Below are positions 51,645 to 61,752 of a stretch of 64,000 nucleotides of DNA, in pieces (the stretch's first letter is position 1; the number at the start of each line of letters is the position of its first letter). A program made the position numbers and the translations under genes. The notes under the pieces were generated by a model that was not told the origin of the DNA, made no database searches, and worked only from the letters and a program-made list of their open reading frames with translations. The stretch is from assembly GCA_963743305.1 (NCBI GenBank), contig CAVUPH010000034.1, positions 22,200 to 86,199 on the forward strand, in the 5' to 3' direction. The stretch is from an uncultured delta proteobacterium (GTDB lineage Bacteria > Desulfobacterota > RBG-13-43-22).

Positions 51645-52298
51645 TTATCTCTGTTTCAATTTATCCTTTTCAAAATCAACGGTAACGGTCTTCCCTTCCC
51701 CCACGACCACTTCCTTGGAGGTCTCTTGGAGCTTCTCATGCCAGACCTTGAGTTTATAGGTTCCCGGGGGGACATTTTTGATCTCGTATTTCCCGGAATT
51801 GTCGGTGAGGGTGAAGTAGGGGTTTTGTAAGACGATGATATAACCGAGCATTTCCGGATGGACATTACAGAGGAGGGGGACCTCCCCTAGATTATCAAAC
51901 TTGACGGTCTTTTTGACGCCCGTGCCGTAGAGACCCAGATTAAAAGTGGTGGCGGAGCCGGGAGGGGCAAAGACATTGTGGGCCACGGTATCGTCATTGG
52001 TAAAGTCGACCGTGGTTCCTTTGAGAATGGGCAAAAGATGGGGGGTGAAGACCATGCCCTTCTGACCCATGAAGGCCTCCTTTTTGGGAGGGGAAAATTC
52101 ACCCTTGACGTGATCCACGTATACCAGGGCCGGGTACCGTTTCACCCAAGGGGTGTTGACCACCCCTTTAATGAAACCTCCCGATGGATGGCCTTTAGTC
52201 TCTTGGGCCCGGATCGGCAGGGCCGGTAAGCAAACCGCCAGGGCGATGATTCCGGCGGCCAATAAACGCACTCTTTTGCTTTGGAACAGGTTAGCCAT
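51645..52298 (-). CDS. Periplasmic cupredoxin plus carboxypeptidase-regulatory-like domain protein
   Basis: Signal peptide; type-1 Cu ligand pattern AHNV ... CNVHPEM; C-terminal NVPPGTYKLKVWHE. Confidence 0.8.
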   Translation of the reverse strand: MANLFQSKRVRLLAAGIIALAVCLPALPIRAQETKGHPSGGFIKGVVNTPWVKRYPALVYVDHVKGEFSPPKKEAFMGQKGMVFTPHLLPILKGTTVDFTNDDTVAHNVFAPPGSATTFNLGLYGTGVKKTVKFDNLGEVPLLCNVHPEMLGYIIVLQNPYFTLTDNSGKYEIKNVPPGTYKLKVWHEKLQETSKEVVVGEGKTVTVDFEKDKLKQR

Positions 52299-52382
52299 GA
52301 GATTCCTTTCTTTACAAATTCAATTTTCTAATTTCCCCGCTACCGCGAGGTATTTCAGTCTTCAGCAGAAGGTCCTCGAACG

Positions 52383-53741
52383 CTAAAAAGAAAAATCAAG
52401 CTGAAAGGACATCATATCATCCGCATGCAGCTTTTGGCCTGCCGCCTCTCTGGGCTGGTTGGTCGTGTAGTACAAGTATTCCAGGTTGAGTTTGATATTG
52501 GCGCGCAATAAAAAGGCTATACCGCCAATAATTCGGGCTTGATCTTGGTCGCTGGCGTCTACGGTCAGCGCCTCGAATCGGGCATACGGGATCAACCAGG
52601 GAAATATAAAATAGTTTCCCTCAACAAACCAGAGATTCTTGGTTGTACTCGTCGTAGATGGTTCGTCGAGAAGCGAAATTCTCCGTATCCCTGAATGGGG
52701 GAATATTTTTGCGCCCGTGCTTGTATCCGTCGGAGGGGTAACAGGCTCATCCGCGTTTTGCCTGATATATCCTCCTCCCAGGGAAAGATCTTTGTAGTTC
52801 ACCCGGGCATCCGCTCCGAATCGCGTAGCCCTGTCGGCATTCGCGCCGGTGTACCCCTGATAGCCGAAGAGACCGAAAAGGATGGAGTCGTCCCGCCAAA
52901 AACCGGACGGCGAGGTGGTCAGCCCGCCCTCTTCGGATTTCAACCCGGTACCATCAAAACCCAACCCGCCGATTTTGAAAGACAGACCACCGTAATAATC
53001 CAAAGAACTGCTGTCCGTGTTGGCCTGCACCAGGCCGGCATAGTAGCGCCAACGACTCCCGAATCCATTGACCTGGAAACCGGGTTGAGGCTGCAGAGCA
53101 AGCACATCCTGGTACTGGTAGCTGTTGATGGTAAAATTATTTTCATCCCGGGAGTTGGGTAAGGCGATCGATTGCCGGCCCACATTCCCGGCTTTAATGT
53201 TCAGGTGGTGCTTGCCGAGAATTCCACTGAAAAGGTCCGACCACATCAACCAGGCCTGCCCCTCCGTGGTGTTAGATCCGGAATCGAAAATAAAAGCCAG
53301 GTTCATAAAGAAAGAGAAGTCCTTCCCAAAGGTGCCGGCCCCCAGCAGGTCCACCTCTCCAGGGAAGTTAAACTGGGTATTCGAGGAGTTTCCATTGGCG
53401 TCACCGGTGTTGACATTGACGCCTCCGGTGGACCGGATGGATAGGGGCGGCATCCCGGGTATGTCGGAGGGCCAGATGGAATTGGGAAATAGCTTTTTGT
53501 AGGGCTCCGCCCCCAGACTGACCGGCTGATCCTTGACATAAAGTTCATCGGTGTCGGGCAGCCTGTAGCCGAGCAACCGGAAGGCCTCTCCCACGGCCGA
53601 CAGTTTCGGCCAGACGGTATGACAGGTCATACAGGCCGTTTTGTATTTTCGGGCGAAAGCCGGAATGGCCGCCGCCTCTTTCGGGAGAAATGAAACCCAA
53701 AAAACCGCCAAGACGATGCTTCCCAGAAGTACCCTTTTCAT
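52383..53741 (-). CDS. Cyc2-like monoheme cytochrome c-porin fusion
   Basis: Signal peptide then IPAFARKYKTACMTCHTVWPKLSAVGEAFRLLGY; beta-strand-rich remainder ending FQLDFSF. Confidence 0.82.
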   Translation of the reverse strand: MKRVLLGSIVLAVFWVSFLPKEAAAIPAFARKYKTACMTCHTVWPKLSAVGEAFRLLGYRLPDTDELYVKDQPVSLGAEPYKKLFPNSIWPSDIPGMPPLSIRSTGGVNVNTGDANGNSSNTQFNFPGEVDLLGAGTFGKDFSFFMNLAFIFDSGSNTTEGQAWLMWSDLFSGILGKHHLNIKAGNVGRQSIALPNSRDENNFTINSYQYQDVLALQPQPGFQVNGFGSRWRYYAGLVQANTDSSSLDYYGGLSFKIGGLGFDGTGLKSEEGGLTTSPSGFWRDDSILFGLFGYQGYTGANADRATRFGADARVNYKDLSLGGGYIRQNADEPVTPPTDTSTGAKIFPHSGIRRISLLDEPSTTSTTKNLWFVEGNYFIFPWLIPYARFEALTVDASDQDQARIIGGIAFLLRANIKLNLEYLYYTTNQPREAAGQKLHADDMMSFQLDFSF

Positions 53742-53863
53742 CTCTTCCTCCTTTCGATCAAAGCTCGGACTTTGACCGTCTTGATGTTTCCGGATTTATC
53801 CCCGACTTCGGTTCTGGTCGTAGAACTCTTTTCCTTTCTTTTCAGAAGGTCCCCGGATATCCC

Positions 53864-53906
53864 AAAATAGAAAACCCCAGATCTCCTCCGAGATTTGGGG
53901 TTTTTC
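53864..53906 (-). terminator. Intrinsic terminator inside the 5' leader of the Cyc2-like operon
   Basis: Minus strand AAAACCCCAAATCTC-GGAG-GAGATCTGGGGTTTT followed by CTATTTT. Confidence 0.7.
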
Positions 53907-53972
53907 AGATTCTTTCACGGACAACCTCCCGAAAAGGGTGCACGGCCAAATAAATCAATGAATTGTCATTGA

Positions 53973-54001
53973 ATTATCAAGACCTCCGGGGGAAGTGTCA
54001 A
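53973..54001 (-). promoter_or_regulatory. Sigma70-like promoter of the Cyc2-like operon
   Basis: TTGACA-N17-GATAAT on the minus strand; adjacent palindrome TCAATGA-N4-TCATTGA at 53955-53972. Confidence 0.65.
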
Positions 54002-54199
54002 GTTTTTTTTTCAGTGTCGGCCATAAAGCTATCGGTGAATTGATCACCAGGGAAAAGTGTACCGGGGGGAGAAGTGGAATGGGCCTTTCTGCACCACAAA
54101 TTTTAATTTAAAACGACTTTAGCCTCCTCGTCCAGTCGATCAGGGCAACAAGTAATTCCTTCCCGAGAATCGAAATGGTTTTATCCTTCATCACTGCTG

Positions 54200-54364
54200 T
54201 TTCTAGCTGTCTTTCCATACAAAATTATTCCAGTCTGCATCTTCATCTCCGATCAAAAGCATAACTTTTACTTTGGTCATTTCCCGTAGTTTTTCCTTAA
54301 GCTTTTCCGGGACAGAAAGATGTCCATCGGCTAAAATTTCGGCCACATATTCATAAGTTTCCAT
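54200..54364 (-). pseudogene. Small AbrB/antitoxin-like ORF, broken
   Basis: GGAGG SD; METYEYVAEILADGHLSVPEKLKEKL then a frameshift; 3' boundary approximate. Confidence 0.4.
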
Positions 54365-54593
54365 TTTAACCTCCCTTACCGACGTTAACCTATCGAGATA
54401 ACAAATTCATTGGTAAGTTTTATTGTATTTTATGCCTGCTATCTTCCCCCGTCAACCTATCCTCCCCTTGAGGTACGTTGGCAGACCGGCCGGCGGCAGG
54501 TTCGGTCGCCCCTGTCTGGCTTCGATCCCGATGCGGCTTATTCTCCGAAGGATTCAAATTATAACAGAAAGCTGCGGGTGTTTCCGAATAATT

Positions 54594-55152
54594 CTACCCG
54601 GAGGGGAACTGGTCAGGCAATTCTTTGGTCCGGGCGGCCCGCACCACCGCCGAGGTGGTCACCCCGAGGAACCGGGCCACACCCGCCGCCGAAAACCCCA
54701 GCTCGCCTACAGAGGCTCGGCAATACGCTTCTAGGGCATCGGAAACCTAGCGCTTCCGGCTCCCGGAGCGGAGTTCAGTCTCGGTGCTATCCTAATCCGT
54801 GGCGATCTCCCGGGCCAAGGCCTCCAAATCCAGTCCTGGAGCTTTTCTTCTGAAGGTTTCTTTTTCCAGTTCCGCGGACTCGGACCAGATCTGCTCCACA
54901 AAGTACCCATCGCCCGAAACGCGATCAACGGGCCAGGGGCTCTTTTCCGGCTCGGACCGGCGGATGGAAATGGTTGGGCATCAACGCCCAGTCGTCTATG
55001 GACCATCTGCCCGAACGGCACAATGCCGCCTAACAGTCAATGAAGTCCTCCCGGTTTTTCCTGGTTCTAAATATCTTGCTGGTCTCGATCCCCTACTAGC
55101 CCATGACGTGATGCAAGGTTCCGGGGGCATCCAGACGCGGTTGTCTCGGCAT
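54594..55152 (-). pseudogene. REP-associated tyrosine transposase (RAYT, IS200/IS605 Y1 family) remnant
   Basis: MPRQPRLDAPGTLHHVM.., WALMPNHFH (HUH), C-terminal HTH VARFLGVTTSAV; in-frame stops and an internal deletion. Confidence 0.8.
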
Positions 55153-55217
55153 AATTCTCCCAATAGAGATTAGACCAACTCCTGGCAAGTTTATTCTGAA
55201 ACTATGTCCCCTCTTAC

Positions 55218-55387
55218 TTCCGGATAGAGAAACCACGGATCACGGAAAAGAAATGGCATAAGCAACTGGAAATGGTCTTTTAAGGGCAGAAGCACTCAAG
55301 CGAATAATTCTGAGGAACCCGGTGCGGGAATTCTGCACGCCGGGGTCTGTGAGGGGGCAGTCGGGCAACTGGCTGTCCTATCTCGAT
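55218..55387 (+). mobile_element. Group II intron 3' fragment (maturase tail, domains V and VI)
   Basis: DV GAACCCGGTGCGGGAATTCTGCACGCCGGGGTC (55315-55347), DVI GGGGGCAGTCG-GCAA-CTGGCTGTCCTATCTC-like hairpin, terminal AT; upstream ..EKPRITEKKWHKQLEMVF*. Confidence 0.85.
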
Positions 55388-55394
55388 CCCCTTT

Positions 55395-56080
55395 ACGACG
55401 CAGTCCACGGTAAAGGCGAACATACCGGCCACCGTGTCTCCACAATGGGCCACGGTATCGGCCTCCAAAAATCCCGGCCGGGTTTCATCCCACTGGTTGG
55501 TTTTCAAGGGGATTTGTTTCCGCAGGAGGGTACCCGGCTTGGTCGTAGCTCGGCCGCGTTTTTTATATTGGATCCGGACCGGTTTTAGCAATCAATCCAG
55601 GGTGGCCGTCGAGATGGTCTGCAGGGTCTTCCGGACCTGGGGAGGCAGTTCGCCGAAGGTGGGACCGTAACTGGGAAGCCATATAGGCAACAAGGCTTTC
55701 AACCGGGAAGAGCAGGGCTGATTAGCCGTCAGCCAAATTTTTCTTAGGACTTTTAAGAGCGCTGGGGAGTCATAGACCGGCTTGGGGCCTCGCCGCTTAG
55801 GTTGGGGCTTGGTAAACCGTTTAAAGCCTCTGAGCAGGCGAATAGCGTGCTTTCGATGATAATGGGTGGCGGAACAGAATTCATCCAGAATGAAGTGCTT
55901 CTGGGCCTTGGAGGCCTTTTTATACCGTTTAACGATGGCCTCTAGGTATTCATTTTTCGATCGGGGACTCATAATTTTAACCTCCTACCGGGCGTTTTCA
56001 CCTGGTAACATTAATTATGAGTCAACGATCCCTTGGTTTTCACCTCCTTGGTAACATTTAATATGATGCAATTCGGGGCA
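55395..56080 (-). mobile_element. Truncated IS (DDE/integrase-core transposase, ISNCY-like) with its left end
   Basis: RYKKASK..ILDEF..YHRKHAIRLL, ISTATLD, KPGTLL, PGFLEADTVAHCG; frameshift at 55592; subterminal repeats GGTAACATT..ATGA at 56004 and 56050. Confidence 0.8.
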
Positions 56081-56227
56081 AGGTTTGGCCCTTTTATTTG
56101 GGACGGGGTTATGCTACTATTCATCCAAGTAAAAGTCCCCCCAAAACGATGGAGGTGTATAGATAGGTAGAAACCAATACAAAACCGCAGGTTGAATTAC
56201 ATATAACCTATTACAATGATTAAATAA

Positions 56228-56303
<76 letters not shown>

Positions 56304-56778
56304 AGTAAAATCAATTAGTAGTTAATGATTTGTTGGGCTTTAAGCCCTTTTCTATTTTGATGGTCAGTCGGTAGTTTGTCCCACTCATGTCCCGCCTTTT
56401 TACCGCGCGGACGGTCTTTTTGCCTCGGAGTATGGGTTCATGAAGTCCGTCAGGTCCATGCCCGTATAGGCGGCAGGTCGGGAATATCCCCCCTTTCATT
56501 AGGGCGGCGGCCCATACGGTATCCATAGAACAGCATACACTTGATAGACCCTTCAGGATCAAAGTCCGATGTAGTCAGTTCCCACCCCGGCCTTTCCGAT
56601 AAACAGTCAATATGAATCTTTTCGTCCGCGTTCTATGTAAAGGGTGCTAAGGCCGACAAGCCTGCCTTCCCCCTCGAATAAGCCCCCGCCAATCGAACCT
56701 CTGAGTCAGAATAAGAATCATCTGGGGCCTTTCAATTAAAAAGAGCCTCCGGGATTCGAGAGAAAAGCCCTCGATTTT

Positions 56779-56880
56779 TTGCTGGTAACTGTTACCGGAT
56801 TTTGCCCGGATGCGTTCGGTAATCCCTTCCGTTTTCAAAACCGGAAGCAGGTACTCAAGATGGCTGGTTTGGATCATCTC
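56779..56880 (+). pseudogene. IS110-family transposase fragment
   Basis: TVTGF..GNPFRFQNRKQVLKMAGLD resembles the IS110 helix-hairpin-helix / RF...AGL region. Confidence 0.55.
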
Positions 56881-56993
56881 CAGGTTTCCGACACCTGGAC
56901 TGTATGTGAAAGCCTTCTCAATCCTTACAGCAACAGATCTCTCAAAAGTAAAACATCAAGTAATCTAAATAGATTAATTGAATATAAGTCCTT

Positions 56994-57008
56994 TGGCATG
57001 CTCCTTGC
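56994..57008 (+). promoter_or_regulatory. Sigma54 (-24/-12) promoter
   Basis: TGGCATGCTCCTTGC matches TGGCAC-N5-TTGC spacing; AT-rich upstream tract. Confidence 0.65.
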
Positions 57009-57096
57009 CTGTAGTAGGTGAAAATACAACTATGATCGAGGGTTTTTGAGTACCGGGTTCCGCTCAGAAGCAAGAACCTCGGCAGGAGGCATTGCT

Positions 57097-57942
57097 ATGT
57101 TCATTACACGCGCCCTACGGGCGCGCAATTATTCCCGAAGATTAGTCCAGTCTTTTCAATTGTTTACCATGTTACTGGGTATGACCCTGATCGTACCCGC
57201 GGGTACCGGGCATTCAGCCCAGGTGAGTCTTGCCTGGGACGCCAACACAGAGCCGAACCTGGCAGGCTATAAGGTCTACTATGGTACGGCCTCCCAAAAT
57301 TACGGCTGGGTCCTTGACGTTGGAAAGGTTACGACGTTCACGGTAACCGGTCTTACCGATGGGCTGACCTATTATTTTGCCGCCACTGCCTATAACACCT
57401 CGAACCTTGAGAGCGCCTATTCCGGCGAGGTGAGCACGGGCACCTGTATTTACTCCATTTCCCCTTCAAGCCAGAGCTTTACCGCATCCGGGGGGACGGG
57501 CACCGTAAGCGTGACCACTCAATCAACGTGCCCCTGGACCGCCGGCAGCGGTGCTTCCTGGATGACCATCACTTCAGGAAGCAATGGCACTGGAAATGGG
57601 ACGGTCCGCTATTCTATGTCCGCCAATACCAGTTCATCCTCCAGAACAGCGAGCTCCACCATGGCGGGAAAGATTTTCACCGTCACCCAGGCGGGAACTT
57701 CCGGTTCGACGTTCACCATCGCCGCCTCAGCCGGGACCGGTGGATCGATCTCCCCTTCGGGTGCGGTCTCCGTCAGTTATGGCGCCGGCAAGACCTTTAG
57801 CATCACACCAAACTCAGGCTACCGCGTGGCCAGAGTATTGGTCGATGGAAAATCCGTGGGAGCGGTGACCACCTACTCTTTCGGCAACTTGAACACAAAT
57901 CACACGATTGCGGCCAGCTTTGCACGGAGGTGGTATTGGTGA
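57097..57942 (+). CDS. Secreted Ser/Thr-rich protein: FN3 + BACON + divergent InlB B-repeat-like domain
   Basis: GGAGG SD; LAWDAN..GYKVYYGT..YYFAATAY (FN3); C.W.A.S..SW.TI..G.GNGTV (BACON); GGSISPSG..TPNSGY..VDG. Confidence 0.8.
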   Translation: MFITRALRARNYSRRLVQSFQLFTMLLGMTLIVPAGTGHSAQVSLAWDANTEPNLAGYKVYYGTASQNYGWVLDVGKVTTFTVTGLTDGLTYYFAATAYNTSNLESAYSGEVSTGTCIYSISPSSQSFTASGGTGTVSVTTQSTCPWTAGSGASWMTITSGSNGTGNGTVRYSMSANTSSSSRTASSTMAGKIFTVTQAGTSGSTFTIAASAGTGGSISPSGAVSVSYGAGKTFSITPNSGYRVARVLVDGKSVGAVTTYSFGNLNTNHTIAASFARRWYW

Positions 57943-58205
57943 TCGAAGCAAGGATGCGACCATTAGGACTCCTGGCGGAGCTATCCAGGACGGAAAGAAC
58001 CTCCTTGTCAAAGGAAATACGGTTTAACAAATCCTGCATAGCCGTCCTCCCAGGATATCATTTGCAAAAATGGAGGGATTGATATTTTTTTGACATTTGA
58101 ACTAAAGTATGATTAACATCCGGTTCGAATTAGAAATGAACCTGCGGTTTAACCGTCAACCTTTTCGCGGAATGAAAGGATTGCCAGTGACCTGACCCGT
58201 CTCCG

Positions 58206-58244
58206 CCCCGTTTTGACAAAGTCAATACGGGGTTTTTTATTTTT
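58206..58244 (+). terminator. Intrinsic terminator in the leader of the ABC operon
   Basis: CCCCGTTTTGAC-AAA-GTCAATACGGGG followed by TTTTTTATTTT. Confidence 0.7.
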
Positions 58245-58387
58245 CTCCCCAGACGTCATTTCAATAATCGGATAAATATCCAAGGCCTTAACGGGAGCCG
58301 TAGAAAAACCATTCGCTCTTAAATTATTGTCCCCTGTTTTTATTGTTTTTGGATTTAACCCCTAACCTATAAAAAAGGAGGAACGGT

Positions 58388-59752
58388 ATGGCTTTTGAAA
58401 CCAAAGGTTTGAAGGGGCGAAGGATCGGAGTTATCAGTCGTCGTCAGTTTATCAAAACCGGACTGGCCGGGGCGGCGTTGGTCGGGGCCGGTGACCTGGT
58501 TTTTCCGCGTTATGGCGCGGCCCAGAAAAAAAAGTTAACCATCCTCCAATGGGTGCATTTCGTCCCCGGGTACGACGAATGGTTCAAAAATAAGTACACC
58601 AAGGAATGGGGGGCCAAGAACGACACCGAAGTGATCGTCGACACCATCGGTCTGACCCAACTGAATGCCCGGGCCGCCGCCGAAGTTTCCGCCAAGAAAG
58701 GCCATGACCTCTTCATGTTCCTCTGGCCCAAACCGGACATGGAAGACCAGGTCATCGACCACAAGGAGATTTACGAGGAAGTAGGTCGGAAGTACGGCAA
58801 GCCCATCGACCTGGCTGTTAAGAGCACCTACAATCCCAAGACCAAGAAGTATTACGGCTTTTCCGACAGCTTTGTCCCCGATCCGATCAACTACCGCAAG
58901 GACCTCTGGGACGACGTGGGCGTGTTTCCGGACAGTTGGGAGGACATCCGCAAGGGCGGGGCCTTGATCAAGAAAAAACACAACATCCCGGTGGGCATCG
59001 GCCTGGCCTCGGAGCTAGACACCAGCATGGCCATGCGGGCCATCATGTACTCCTTCGGCGCCTCCGTCCAGGATGCCAACGGTCACCTGGTCCTCAACTC
59101 CAAGCAGACCCTGGAGGCGGTTAAATTCGTCATGGCTTTATTCAAGGAGACCATGACCGATGAGGTCTTTACCTGGGACCCCTCCTCCAACAATCGCATG
59201 ATCCTGGCCGGCAAGGGATCCTTGGTCCTGAACGCCATTTCCGTCACCCGGACGGCGGAAAAGGAAAATCCGGAGATGTCTAAAAAAATCCAGATCGCCA
59301 AGGCCGCCAAAGGTCCGGTGCGCCGAATCGGCCTGGAGCACGTCATGGACGTCTACTGTATCTGGAAGTTCGCCGAAAACATCGCGGGTGCCAAAAAATT
59401 CCTGGTCGACTACATCTTCAACTTCCGAGAGGCCTTCCTGGCCAGCGAATTCTATAACTTTCCCTGCTTCGCCAAGACCGTCCCGGACCTCAAGAAATTG
59501 ATTGCCTATGATAAGAATGGCCAACCGCCCGAGAAATACAAGGTCCTGGAGGACGTGCTGGATTGGGCCACCAACGTGGGCTACCCCGGGTATGCCACGG
59601 CAGCCATAGACGAGATCTTCAGCACCTGGGTCATCCCCACCATGTTCGCCAAGGCGGCCGTCGGTCAGATGAAACCGGAGGAAGCCATCAAGGCCGCCGA
59701 CGTGCGCTGCCAGGCCATTTTTAAGAAATGGAAGGATAAAGGGGTCATTTAG
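58388..59752 (+). CDS. Tat-exported ABC substrate-binding protein (family 1)
   Basis: SRRQFIK Tat motif, YRKDL, P.SWE, NN..ILAGK; AAGGAGG SD. Confidence 0.9.
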   Translation: MAFETKGLKGRRIGVISRRQFIKTGLAGAALVGAGDLVFPRYGAAQKKKLTILQWVHFVPGYDEWFKNKYTKEWGAKNDTEVIVDTIGLTQLNARAAAEVSAKKGHDLFMFLWPKPDMEDQVIDHKEIYEEVGRKYGKPIDLAVKSTYNPKTKKYYGFSDSFVPDPINYRKDLWDDVGVFPDSWEDIRKGGALIKKKHNIPVGIGLASELDTSMAMRAIMYSFGASVQDANGHLVLNSKQTLEAVKFVMALFKETMTDEVFTWDPSSNNRMILAGKGSLVLNAISVTRTAEKENPEMSKKIQIAKAAKGPVRRIGLEHVMDVYCIWKFAENIAGAKKFLVDYIFNFREAFLASEFYNFPCFAKTVPDLKKLIAYDKNGQPPEKYKVLEDVLDWATNVGYPGYATAAIDEIFSTWVIPTMFAKAAVGQMKPEEAIKAADVRCQAIFKKWKDKGVI

Positions 59753-59763
59753 GAGGTTTTGCC

Positions 59764-60796
59764 TTGGCTATTGTCGAAACACGGGGTTTGGAAAAACACT
59801 TCAATGAAGTGAAGGCGGTGGACGGGATCGACCTCCTGAGCCGAGAGGGAGAATTCCTGGTCCTGCTGGGCCCCTCGGGCTGCGGCAAGACCACGCTGCT
59901 GCGGATGATCGCCGGGCTGGAAAAACCCACCCAAGGGGGATATCCTGATCGGGGGGCAGGTGGTGACCCACCTGCCCCCGCGGGCCCGCGGCATCGCCAT
60001 GGTTTTTCAAAGCTACGCCCTCTACCCTCACCTGACCATCTACAACAACATCGCCTTCCCTTTGAAGTCCGCCAAGATGGACAAAGAGGAAATCCGGCGG
60101 AAAGTGGAATGGGCGGCCTCCCTGTTCAAAATCTACCATCTGGCCCATCGGAAACCCCGGGAACTTTCCGGGGGCGAGCGCCAGCGGGTGGCCCTGGCCC
60201 GGGCACTGGTTCGGGAACCCAATGTCTTCCTGCTGGACGAACCCCTCTCCAACCTGGACGCCAAACTGCGGGCCTCGGCCCGGGAGGAACTTTACCGTTT
60301 CCAAAAGGATGTGGGCATCACCACCATTTATGTCACCCACGACCAGGTGGAAGCCATGGGCATGGGGGACCGCATCGCGGTTATCGACCACGGGAAGATG
60401 TGCCAATTGGGGACACCGGACGAGGTCTACAACGACCCCGCCGATATCTTCGTGGCTGGCTTTCTGGGCTCCCCGCCCATGAATCTGGTAGAGTTCAACC
60501 AGCATATCCTCGGCTTCCGGCCGGAAAATTTTCTGCCCCGGGAACTCTACAGCCATTGCGAATCGTTGCCCTTGGAATTCGAGGTGACCCGGGTGGAAGA
60601 CCTGGGCGCCGGCCGTCTGATTTACGGCAAGATGGACGACAAATTCAACCGGGCACCGGTGGTGGCCAACCTGCCGACCAGCTTTACCCAATATCCGATA
60701 GAAACCGGCAGCACCTATAATTTCGCTGTGCCCCAGGGACTGGTTAGATTTTTCGACGCCCGGACCGGGGGGCGCACCGCGCCTCTGCCCCTTTAA
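59764..60796 (+). CDS. MalK-type ABC ATPase (apparent frameshift near 59938)
   Basis: GPSGCGKTT in the first frame; [31 protein letters not shown] in the second. Confidence 0.92.
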
Positions 60797-60805
60797 GGAG
60801 ACCCG

Positions 60806-61751
60806 ATGGCTTCCCTCGTCAACGCCCCGGTCAACGGGATCCGCCCCCAGGGCCGACAATGGACTTATGTCCTGGACAACGAAAAGGTGCTGGGCTTGGT
60901 GATGATCTCCCCGGCTATCCTCTACGTGCTGGCCCTGGTGGGCTACCCTCTGGTCCTGGCCATCCTGTACAGTCTGAGCGATATCACCATCGGCAGCGCC
61001 CAGTATCATTTCGTGGGACTGCAGAAATTCAAAACGCTGATCGGCACCCCGGAATTCCGAACGGCCTTAAAGAACACCTTACTGTTCACCTTGGTCTCCC
61101 AGGTGATCGTCATGGTGCTGGCCAATATCCTGGCCCAGTTGCTGCTCAGGGACTTCAAGGGCAAATTTTATATCCGGGCCCTGATCCTTATGCCCTACGT
61201 GGCCCCCATCTCCCTGGGGGTCATCGGCTGGCTCTGGATGCTCGATTCCATTTACAGCCCCATCAACTGGGTGTTGCAGCACTCGGGACTTTTCGGCAAG
61301 GATTTCTGGCCCATGTGGCTGGGCAAACCCTCCCTGGCCATGATCTCCATTATCACGGTTCACGTCTGGCGGATGCTCCCCCTGGCTACGGTCATTATCC
61401 TGGCCGGACTGTCTTCCATCCCTCTGGATATTAAGGATGCGGCCCTGGTGGACGGGGCCGGCTATTTTCGCACCTTGTTTCAGATCACGCTTCCCATGAT
61501 GCTGCCCATCATGCTTGGTGGCCGTCCTGTTCGGCATCGTCTTTTCGTCTACAGATATCATCATCATCCTGGTCCTGACCCGGGGCGGTCCCTTCGACTC
61601 CACCCAGGTCCTGGTCAGCCAGGCCTTTTTTACGGGCATCGACGCCGGCGACCTGGCCGGGGGGGCCGCCTACGCCCTCTTCCTTTTTCCCCTTCTGGTG
61701 GCCGTGGCCATTTTTATGCTGCAGATCGCCCGACGTTCGGAGGTAGCCTGA
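60806..61751 (+). CDS. CUT1 ABC permease (apparent frameshift near 61515)
   Basis: EAA-loop variant DAALVDGA..ITLP; continues LTRGGP. Confidence 0.88.
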
Positions 61752-61752
61752 G

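Noticed and set aside
56311-56640. Possible integrase remnant downstream of the tRNA
   Set aside because: No recognisable tyrosine-recombinase catalytic motifs in the frames read
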